62,462 nucleotides of DNA from an uncultured Anaerolineales bacterium (GTDB lineage: Bacteria > Chloroflexota > Anaerolineae > B4-G1). The notes beneath the pieces are model-generated. The model ran no database searches. It was not told the origin of the DNA and saw only the letters and a program-made list of their open reading frames with translations. The stretch lies in contig CAZGSX010000004.1 of assembly GCA_964528475.1 (NCBI GenBank), positions 1 through 62,462 of the forward strand, read 5' to 3'. The position numbers and the translations under genes were made by a program. Shown piece by piece: positions 27,675-35,027 of the stretch. Numbering within the stretch: position 1 is the first letter of the stretch; each line of letters begins with the position of its first letter.

Positions 27675-29653
27675 ACCAGTGTAACCACCATCCAGCCGGC
27701 CAACAGGAAGAACAGCGCCGCCGTCGCCAGCTTGACCTTGGCCGTGTGTCGGTGGATGAGGAGACCCAGCTGCTGAGACGTCGTTCCGAAGTACGCCAGC
27801 ACGAAGACGACCACCAGCGGCAGAATGAACATCAGGTTGTAAAGCACCAGATAGAACCCGGCCTGCGCCTGCATCTCCGGAACGCCTAGGACGAAGAGAA
27901 TGGTTGGGAGGTAGACCTGTCCGGTGCAAGCGAGCTCGATGAGCGAGACCACAACCCCCGTGACAAAGGTCACCGGCACGAAGGCCCTCGCGTCGGCCCT
28001 CTCGCGGATCGCCTGGTTAACTCGCCGACGTAGCCGGGTCGGCATGGCGAGACGCATCTCCGTCGCCTTCCCGGTACGAGCCTGCCACCAGTCGTAGAGG
28101 CTGCCGGCAGCCAGGAGGAGACAGAGCGCCGCGGTGAAGCCGTAGATCCAGCGGCTCACGGCATCCAGGAAGGGCAACGCGGCCAGAAACTTCAGCACGC
28201 CGAAGCCGACCCCGAGATACGTCAGGAAGACACCTAGCGCAAACGCTCCGCCGGCCAGCAGCACCTGCCGACCCTCCCGACCCACAAAAGCCAGATAGGA
28301 GATGAAGAAGACTAACGTCGCGAACGCGCAGGGGTTGAGCCCGTCCACGAGCCCCGCGGCGAGCACCGTGATCAGGCTGAAGGAACGGAAACGCTCGATA
28401 ATGCCCGAGACCGCATCGCCACCGGTCACGTCCGACCCTGAACATATCGGCTCGGCGCCGGTCTCCGCGTAGCGGGCAAGCAGATCTTCCAGGCTGTTGG
28501 TATGCAGCTCCTCCCCTACCAGCGCCTCATCACCGACGAAGATAGCCGGTGCGGTCAACCGCTTGCCCACCGGTACGCCGGCCCTTTCCCCCAGGCGTTC
28601 AGACAGTGGCGCGTCCTCGCGGACGTCGAGCGTGCAGACGTTCAGCTGCGGATACCGCTTCCGTAGGTAATTCAAGGCGAGCTGTACTCGGTCGCAGTCT
28701 GGGCAGCCCACCTGGTAGAAGTAGGCTACGTGGATGGGAGCCCCATTCGCCTCCTCCGGTGAGGCAGCCTCAGGCGCGGGCGTCGGTTCCACAACCGGGA
28801 GACCCACGCCGCCCATCTTCAAGTACGACTCCACCAGCTGCGGCAGCTCCGCCCGCGCCTCCTCCTCTCCCGCCAAGACGTGGTCGCCGATGAAAATCAC
28901 AGGCATCTCCGCCCGCGTCACACCGTAGCGCCGCTCGAGCGTACGTAAGAGATTGTAGTTCTCGGTCGAGCCCTCGACGTCCCGCTGGTCGACAACGAGC
29001 CTCGATCCATAGGTCTTCTCTAGAGGCGCGATGACCTCCTCCTCCACTGTCACGCATTCGGGGCACAGCCGGTCGTAGAAGAAGAGGACATGGGCCACGG
29101 CATCTTTCGTGCCTACGACCAGGTCGTCGTCACACTCAGGGCAATATTTGGCCGTCGCCGTAGGGCCCGGGGTGGGCTCATCTACGCTCGGCGTCGGCGT
29201 CCTCTCCAAGCCGTCCAACAGTCCGGGGATGTCGGGGTAGACCACGCCGCCCGCCGCTAGATGCTGCTCCACTAGCCTCGGCAGTTTCTCTGCGATCTGC
29301 CCGGAACCGGTCAGGACCGTGTCGCCGATGAACAACATAGGCACGCCCTGCCGTCCCGCCGGCACTTGATAAGCCTCGAGCGCGGCCAACCACACCTCGT
29401 AGCTCGCTGGATCGGTGATCTCGATAAGCCGGATGACCAGGCGATCACCAAATTTCTCGTCCAGCGAGGGCAGGTGCTCCTCCATCACCTCGTGACAGTG
29501 CGGACAGCCTTCAGACCAGAATAGAACCGCCCGAACCACCGGGTCATCGGCGCGGACGGCAAGGACCGTCCCAGCGAACAGGAGAGTCAGAAGAAGACCC
29601 ACAGACGGTCTCAGCCGTCTCGCCTGGAGCGATGCCACTGGCTTGTCGTTCAT
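27671..29653 (-). CDS. exported triple thioredoxin-fold protein fused to a DsbD_2-like membrane domain
   Basis: Signal peptide, then three paralogous about 100-aa domains (WSEGCPHC, RLCPECV with an extra YCPEC, QVGCPDC). Each ends in a (I/L)F(I/V)GD...L(V/L)E motif. A 6-TM domain follows with GLNPCAF and ELACTGQVYLP. ATG at 29653 has SD GAGAGAGG. Confidence 0.8.
   Translation of the reverse strand: MNDKPVASLQARRLRPSVGLLLTLLFAGTVLAVRADDPVVRAVLFWSEGCPHCHEVMEEHLPSLDEKFGDRLVIRLIEITDPASYEVWLAALEAYQVPAGRQGVPMLFIGDTVLTGSGQIAEKLPRLVEQHLAAGGVVYPDIPGLLDGLERTPTPSVDEPTPGPTATAKYCPECDDDLVVGTKDAVAHVLFFYDRLCPECVTVEEEVIAPLEKTYGSRLVVDQRDVEGSTENYNLLRTLERRYGVTRAEMPVIFIGDHVLAGEEEARAELPQLVESYLKMGGVGLPVVEPTPAPEAASPEEANGAPIHVAYFYQVGCPDCDRVQLALNYLRKRYPQLNVCTLDVREDAPLSERLGERAGVPVGKRLTAPAIFVGDEALVGEELHTNSLEDLLARYAETGAEPICSGSDVTGGDAVSGIIERFRSFSLITVLAAGLVDGLNPCAFATLVFFISYLAFVGREGRQVLLAGGAFALGVFLTYLGVGFGVLKFLAALPFLDAVSRWIYGFTAALCLLLAAGSLYDWWQARTGKATEMRLAMPTRLRRRVNQAIRERADARAFVPVTFVTGVVVSLIELACTGQVYLPTILFVLGVPEMQAQAGFYLVLYNLMFILPLVVVFVLAYFGTTSQQLGLLIHRHTAKVKLATAALFFLLAGWMVVTLV
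28427..29545 (-). repeat. three tandem thioredoxin-fold domain repeats inside the fusion CDS
   Basis: Approximate repeat bounds are 29545-29222, 29104-28772 and 28729-28427. Shared pattern: hydrophobic beta strand, CPxC, then PMLFIGDTVLTG / PVIFIGDHVLAG / PAIFVGDEALVG, then LPRLVEQHL / LPQLVESYL / LEDLLARY. Confidence 0.7.
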
Positions 29654-29829
29654 CGAACCTCTCTCACGCAATCAGACACTACGGTAGAAGTCACGCACTG
29701 GATCAACTCCCAAACAGAGCCGCACAACGGAGAACAGACTAAGATCTCTACGTCTCCTCTCTGCAGATCGATGTCGCAACAGCCGCGCCCACTGTCTCCA
29801 GTTTCCAGGGTAACCGACGGCATCATCCT

Positions 29830-30250
29830 ACGACCAGCGCACCGGGGCCTGCCCCCAGAGGCGCCCAACGGATGCGAGCAAGTTCAAGCAACGCACCTTG
29901 GCGCGCAAGCACCGCCGGAACACCGACCACGCTTCCGGCAGATCCGCTCTCTCCCGATAGTCGTCCTTTGCACGTTCACCCGGTCTGAGCGAAACCGCAT
30001 GAACAAGGCACAATTCGTGGACGGGATGCAACATTCCTGTGCTGCGCACCCCAGGTTGCACCATAGTCGGATTCGTGGATTGCAGCAAGCATCTTCTCGA
30101 TCTCTGCCTCACTAAAGCTTCGCCCTACGAAACTGACCCTCACAACCCCCCGTGAGAAGCGACGTTGGCGTACGCGGGCGGCATCCCAAACGGACTGCTC
30201 CGCCGGGGCTCCTGCCGCCTGGCTGGAAACCTCGTAGGCTCGAGAGGATC
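29830..30250 (-). pseudogene. possible relic of a tyrosine recombinase (integrase)
   Basis: One frame reads ...RSFSEAEIEKMLAAIHES... and an adjacent frame reads ...AVSLRPGE...ADLPEAWSVFRR. These resemble the start of the catalytic domain (LTxEEIxxLLAA ... TGLRxGE ... DLxxGxLxVRR). The frames are broken and the C-terminal HxxR/Tyr part is absent. Confidence 0.3.
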
Positions 30251-30293
30251 TAGAGTGATCTGGACGGCGGCGGCTGGGTTAGCTGCGAGCTGC

Positions 30294-30560
30294 CTACTTC
30301 AACCCCGCCTCGCGCAGAGCGCCCACCAGACTCTCGTGGCTAGGTGCCAAGCCAACAAACTTGACCAACTCCCCCACGACCAGCGCAGGTGCGTTGCCGA
30401 TGGCATATTCCTCCCACTCGTTGTCGCCTGGTCCCGTATGGAAGGTGATGGTCACCTGATCGCCAAATTCGTCCTCAATGTCTCTGAGCAGCCGCTTGAC
30501 TGCCACACCTCCCGAGCAGGGAGGTATGGAGACAAATGCTTCGATCGTTACTTGAGACAT
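30294..30560 (-). CDS. mini-thioredoxin paralog 4 (CSGG, single Cys)
   Basis: 88 aa. The start overlaps paralog 3 by 13 nt, with SD GGGAGG. Its layout matches its neighbours (VSIPPCSGGVAV...APALVVGE...LVGALREAGLK). Confidence 0.7.
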   Translation of the reverse strand: MSQVTIEAFVSIPPCSGGVAVKRLLRDIEDEFGDQVTITFHTGPGDNEWEEYAIGNAPALVVGELVKFVGLAPSHESLVGALREAGLK

Positions 30561-30817
30561 AGACCAGCCTCCCTGAGTGCATTGTTGAGCGTGGCCTCGC
30601 TGGGGCACATGCCCTCAATACGGATGGACCCATTGACGACCGCCGCCGGGACACAGAAGAGCTGGTAGGCCTCGAACTTCTCCAATCCCTCGGCGCCTTC
30701 GTAGATGGTGAGCTCCAAATCATCTTCATACCTAGCTGCGACGCGCTCTGTTAGCTCAATGATCGCCACACAGCCTGGGCACGGGGGATCACCGCTGAAA
30801 ACCTCCAGTTTCACCAT
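30548..30817 (-). CDS. mini-thioredoxin paralog 3 (CPGC)
   Basis: 89 aa. Has SGDPPCPGCVAI, VPAAVVNG and the C-terminal LNNALREAGL shared with paralog 4. Confidence 0.8.
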   Translation of the reverse strand: MVKLEVFSGDPPCPGCVAIIELTERVAARYEDDLELTIYEGAEGLEKFEAYQLFCVPAAVVNGSIRIEGMCPSEATLNNALREAGLCLK

Positions 30818-30820
30818 ATC

Positions 30821-31078
30821 CTAGTCTCCTAACTTGGTCTCAATGACGGACTTCAGCCTGTCGGCCGGTACTACCTTGCCTTTGCCAAGGACTTCGTCGC
30901 CGATGACGACCAGTGGGGTGGTCATAAGCCCATACTGCTCGGCCTCGGGTGCCAAGGCGTCGAGTTCCACAACCTCGACCCGACCGGGAAACTGGTCGGC
31001 TGCCTCTTGAGCCTCACGCTTCGCCCTCCTGCAGTTGGCGCAGGGCGGGGTGGTGCCAAAGACCTTGATCTGAAGCAT
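30821..31078 (-). CDS. mini-thioredoxin paralog 2 (CANC)
   Basis: 85 aa. Has GTTPPCANCRRA and TTPLVVIGDEVLGKGKVVP. Thioredoxin_3-like. Confidence 0.8.
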   Translation of the reverse strand: MLQIKVFGTTPPCANCRRAKREAQEAADQFPGRVEVVELDALAPEAEQYGLMTTPLVVIGDEVLGKGKVVPADRLKSVIETKLGD

Positions 31079-31127
31079 GCTCTTTCTCGCTCCCTTGTTC
31101 CTATAGTCGCGACTCTCGCCGGACGGT

Positions 31128-31373
31128 TCACAAACCCCGTGCCGTTCGGATCCAATCAGCGATCTCCTCCTTGCGAGGTATGCGCCCCGTTGCCTTCACC
31201 TCCTCGTCGATGACGAGGGCAGGTGTGCTCATCACGTCATAGGCCAGGATGGCGTCCATGTTCTCCAGCTTGGTCACGGTGACCTCAACACCCATCTCGT
31301 GAGCCGCTTCCCGAGCCAGAGCCTCCACTCGCTTGCACTTGGGGCATCCCATCCCCAGAATCTTGATCTCCAT
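31128..31373 (-). CDS. mini-thioredoxin paralog 1 (Thioredoxin_3 / redox-active disulfide protein 2 type, CPKC)
   Basis: 81 aa. Has KILGMGCPKCKRVE and STPALVIDEEVKATGRIP, the canonical form of this family. SD GGGAGGAAG. Confidence 0.85.
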   Translation of the reverse strand: MEIKILGMGCPKCKRVEALAREAAHEMGVEVTVTKLENMDAILAYDVMSTPALVIDEEVKATGRIPRKEEIADWIRTARGL

Positions 31374-31835
31374 GGCAGTTGCTTCCTCCCTTCATGTCTT
31401 GCCGGTTGACTCTTGCTTGCACCAGATTCTCGTTTGATTCGGTGCACACCGTCTCTCTTTTCATTCGCCCCTTCTATCGATCGTCATAGAAGGCAGGCAC
31501 TTTCTTTAACGCACATCCCGACAACATCCCGACGCTACATCCGGTTAGCACTCTGCATTGTCCCCCAGAGTCCCTGTGCAGTCGTTAACAGGGCCCGGGC
31601 CGATCCGCCTCTACGACCTTTCCGAGCCCGGTGGCTATGTGTACGGTGACAGTTGTGAGGCGCGTAGGTCCATACGCTTCCTGGCGGGCCGGGTCACTGG
31701 TTAAGGTTGCTGCCACTCGCCCCGCATGTCTGAACCGCAACGCCGCTCTAGCACTCAATCGCGCCCAGAGCCTCCCGGCAACCCGCACTAAGGCGCAACC
31801 TGATAGCGCTCGTCGCAGAGCGCAAGTGACAAGAC

Positions 31836-33317
31836 TCACTTTGTCTCCTCCGCCGTTACCAGAATCCGGCGATGACGACTGGTCCACGCAGCGAGAACGG
31901 CCAGCGACGCGAGAGCCCCGGCCAGAATCGCTCCGATGACCCAGCCGCTCATGCCCTCCAGCCAACCACCAAACAGCAGCCCTGCCAGCGTACTGAAGAT
32001 GGTCACCAGCACGACGTACACCGCTGTTTTCTTTCGCCCGATGACCGTGTTGGTGATCAGGATTGACTGCAGGCTCAGCTCCGGATCGGCCAACAGGTAA
32101 GCCAGTAGGACCCCGCGATGCATGCCCAGCGAGAGGAACGTCCGTGCGATGGGGACTTCCACCAGCGTGGGGAAGTACATAAAGACGCCGAAGAGCACCC
32201 CAGCCAAGTTAGCCAACACTGTGTTCCGACCAGCGAGGGTCTCAATCCACGTCCTGGGGATGATGGCCCGGGCCATGCCTGCCAGAAAGACACCTACTAA
32301 CAGCAGGGGGATGATCTGCTTCACGAAGCGCCACATCTCCCACAGCCATTCGCGTATCTGATATTCGTCGAAGGCATTAATCGCCATCCACCACACCGCT
32401 CCAATGAGCACGACCTCGGCCGCCAAGCGACCAGACATGCCAATCGTCAGGCCCGTCTCTAGTGTCGTCACGTTGAACGACGCGACGAGCAGGGTTAGCG
32501 TGATTAGACCTAGCGCGCCGTACGTCCAGCGGTTGAACCCGCGATCCACGTCGTTCAGCCCCAGCCACGCCGTGACTGCGATGAGAACCAGCAGACCGAT
32601 TAGGAAGACTCCGTGCACGCTCACGCCCTCGATGCCCATCGATGGATTCGGTGGCACCACTCCGTCTAGCCAAGTCTGCAAAGAGCTGGCCCACGATCCC
32701 GGCACGGTGAAGGTGGCGTAACTCCTCGTCAGAAGATCAACCTGCAACGTCCCCGCGATAAGCACGCCCAGTAGCAGGACGAAGAAGATCCAGGTGGATG
32801 CAGGAACACCGGCTCCTTGCACGAAGGCGTTCGCCTCATTGGTGGCTCTGTTATGTGCTCTGTCATCTTCGCGGAAGAACCAAGCCATGAGCATTCCGAT
32901 GCCGATGCCAAACACGACCGACAAAATCACCCGCGCGATGGCGATGTCCATGCCGATCATCGCGCCCGTGAACGTGATCGCTAGAATGTTGACCGCCGGA
33001 CCGACGAAGAGGAAGGTGATAGCTGGACCAAGCCCAGCACCCTTCTTGTAGATGCTGGCGAACAGGGGCATGATGGTGCACGAACAGACTGCCAACACGA
33101 AGCCGCCGATCGCCGACATGGGATAGGACAACCACCGTGGCGCATCCCGTCCGAGATACTTGGTGATCGCCTCTTTGGGGATTAGCGCTGCCAGCGCACC
33201 AGCGATGAAAAACGCCGGTAGCAAACACAACAGCACGTGTGCGGCCAGATAGGCTGCAAGGCTTCCCAAGCCTGCCTGTAGTAACATCCTTATCGTCTCC
33301 AGAATTGCCACGTTCAA
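31836..33317 (-). CDS. UPF0718/YraQ-family permease (ArsP-like CSC motif)
   Basis: 493 aa, multi-TM. Has LAVCSCTIMPLFASIYKKGAGLGPAITFLFVGPAVN, typical of the predicted-permease family usually paired with ArsR and Thioredoxin_3 genes. Confidence 0.85.
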   Translation of the reverse strand: MNVAILETIRMLLQAGLGSLAAYLAAHVLLCLLPAFFIAGALAALIPKEAITKYLGRDAPRWLSYPMSAIGGFVLAVCSCTIMPLFASIYKKGAGLGPAITFLFVGPAVNILAITFTGAMIGMDIAIARVILSVVFGIGIGMLMAWFFREDDRAHNRATNEANAFVQGAGVPASTWIFFVLLLGVLIAGTLQVDLLTRSYATFTVPGSWASSLQTWLDGVVPPNPSMGIEGVSVHGVFLIGLLVLIAVTAWLGLNDVDRGFNRWTYGALGLITLTLLVASFNVTTLETGLTIGMSGRLAAEVVLIGAVWWMAINAFDEYQIREWLWEMWRFVKQIIPLLLVGVFLAGMARAIIPRTWIETLAGRNTVLANLAGVLFGVFMYFPTLVEVPIARTFLSLGMHRGVLLAYLLADPELSLQSILITNTVIGRKKTAVYVVLVTIFSTLAGLLFGGWLEGMSGWVIGAILAGALASLAVLAAWTSRHRRILVTAEETK

Positions 33318-33386
33318 TCTCCTGATCTATCACTATCTTGTTGAATCACGGAAGCCGCTACGACCTGCGGCTATGCGATATTTCCG

Positions 33387-33826
33387 TCAGCCGCCAATCT
33401 CCTCAACGGCGTTGGGGGTCTTCTCTATCGCCTCGGCCGTGGAGGGGTTCCATGGGATCCAGCCAGACGACACCGTCGTCGAAGTCGACACCTGCGTCGC
33501 ACAGCGCATCCTTGAACATCTTGCGCTGCATCGTGGGAGCGCCACCGCCGACGATGAGCTTCGCACCCGACTTGGCATAGTCGTGCCAGAAGCTATCCCC
33601 GTCCTCCACACAAAGCTGCGGGCGAACGATATCGTACTCCACATCCAGTTCGTTGCGTACATAGTTCATGAGCGGCCATAGGTCCAACTCGTCAAATCAG
33701 GGCACTCGCCGGTGCAGATGCACATCATGAAGCCCGGCTTTCCGTCCTCGGCGATCTGATAGTCTACCTTCTCAGACTCAATGTCTCTCGGTGGACGTGT
33801 TGAACAGACGCTACCCCGCCACATCA
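33387..33826 (-). pseudogene. Cys-rich small protein gene, apparently frameshifted
   Basis: ORF a (MWRGS...GFMMCICTGECPD) stops at 33673. ORF b (33687-33403) continues in another frame as ...DLWPLMNYVRNELDVEYDIVRPQLCVEDGDSFWHDYAKSGAKLIVGGGAP... Adding one T to the T3 run (plus-strand AAA 33694-33696) fuses them as ...ECPDFDELDLWPL... A second shift near the 3' end is possible. Loose resemblance to FlpD/MvhD-type Fe-S modules. Confidence 0.45.
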
Positions 33827-33969
33827 GCAGCGTCACGCCCGGGGGGCGGGCGCTTCAGCCCCGGTCCCTGCGAGCAATGGCAGAGGCAGCACCACGTATG
33901 CGTGGACACCCTCACAGGCGGGTTAGCTCTTGGCACTCGTCCTGCACTCCTGGCGAAAGCGCTTTGCAC

Positions 33970-34173
33970 TCAGCGCTGCTTCCTCTCGCAGTCGATGCAG
34001 AGGTCCGTCTCCCGGTTCGTGCGGTATTCCTTGCCGCAGCCGGGGCACGTGACTCTGCGCAGGCCATCGTTCTTCTTCGGCCGCGGTCGCAGCTCCGGCG
34101 GGAGAGCGCCAAAACCGTCTTGCAGGCACGTGCATTCTAGCGAAGCCTCCCTCTTGTCATCGCCGCTGCTCAT
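33970..34173 (-). CDS. small zinc-ribbon protein
   Basis: 67 aa with CPGC...(13 aa)...CIDC. The ATG overlaps the arsR stop (ATGA), implying translational coupling. Confidence 0.6.
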   Translation of the reverse strand: MSSGDDKREASLECTCLQDGFGALPPELRPRPKKNDGLRRVTCPGCGKEYRTNRETDLCIDCERKQR

Positions 34174-34553
34174 ATCATCTCCCCCACGGGCAAACTCTCA
34201 CCGGCTCGCGCGCCACCGCTCTCCTTGATTGCCATCGCTTCGCAGCGTGGGCAGGAGCACGCCTCGACAGGTCCGCGCTCCGCCGGCGGCCCCAGTAAGG
34301 CCTCCAGCACTCTTTCGACACCGGGGTCATCAAGGCTGTAGTAGACGAACAACCCTTCTCGGCGATCGGTCACCAGGTCGGCGTCCCGGAGCTGGCTGAG
34401 TTGCTGAGAGACATAGGGCTGGGGACGACGCACGCGCCCCTGAAGGTGACAGACGCAGGCCTCGCCGAGCCGAAGCTCGTCCACTATCTGAAGCCGTACA
34501 GGATGGGAGAGGACCTGCAGGACGTCGGACACACGCTGATATCGATTGCTCAT
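34170..34553 (-). CDS. ArsR/SmtB family transcriptional regulator (alpha-3 CVC plus C-terminal CSCPRC)
   Basis: Winged-helix sequence LSHPVRLQIVDELRLGEACVCHLQG...SQQLSQLRDADLV. ATG at 34553 has SD GGAAGGAA. Confidence 0.9.
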   Translation of the reverse strand: MSNRYQRVSDVLQVLSHPVRLQIVDELRLGEACVCHLQGRVRRPQPYVSQQLSQLRDADLVTDRREGLFVYYSLDDPGVERVLEALLGPPAERGPVEACSCPRCEAMAIKESGGARAGESLPVGEMI

Positions 34554-34573
34554 GCTTATATTCCTTCCGGATA

Positions 34574-34621
34574 ATATGCAGCTCATCGCATATAGTATAC
34601 CCTCGTTGCTGCATTTGTCAA
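34574..34621 (-). promoter_or_regulatory. arsR-operon promoter with an abutting palindromic operator
   Basis: Minus strand: TTGACA (34621-34616), 16 nt, TATACT (34599-34594). This is immediately followed by ATATGC-N8-GCATAT (34593-34574), which covers the expected start site. Confidence 0.55.
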
Positions 34622-34979
34622 GTCAGATGGGCATAGAAGCAGTCAGTACCCCCCGACCCACCATCCTCTGACCCGGACCGGCTAGCGGCTCCACCTACCG
34701 ACTCCGGTGAACCTAATGGTCGGGGCGACGAGCACCGGTCCACGATGGCATCGTCCCGGTCTCCAGAAACAGGCGCGCTGCACGTCGGAGGAGATATTCA
34801 CTGAGGCGAATGTGCGCGCGCCAAAAGAAAAGATGGCGTAACCAGAGTCTTGGGAACGGCCCCCACACTCGCACCCCTCTCATCGTGTGGAGACACAGGG
34901 CCGATAGCCATGTCGATACTCACCAGATCAGTGTATGGTAGGAGCCTATCTCCAGACTCCGCCTGCAGCTTGCTATTTA

Positions 34980-35027
34980 TATATGTCCCAATGCATATAC
35001 TATAACAGCTGCCCAAAGTTGTGTCAA
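34980..35027 (-). promoter_or_regulatory. orphan consensus promoter with a related palindrome
   Basis: Minus strand: TTGACA (35027-35022), 17 nt, TATAGT (35004-34999), TGt extension. It is followed by TATATG-N8-CATATA (34999-34980). No convincing ORF lies in the next 380 nt or so. Confidence 0.5.

Noticed and set aside
20465-34621. Classical sHdr (heterodisulfide reductase-like) sulfur oxidation locus, or a complete cytochrome c maturation (System II) locus
   Set aside because: No hdrA/B/C-like and no resB/resC (ccsBA)-like ORFs are present anywhere in the window. Only accessory-type components (TusA, DsrE, a GcvH-like protein, Trx and a CcdA remnant) occur.
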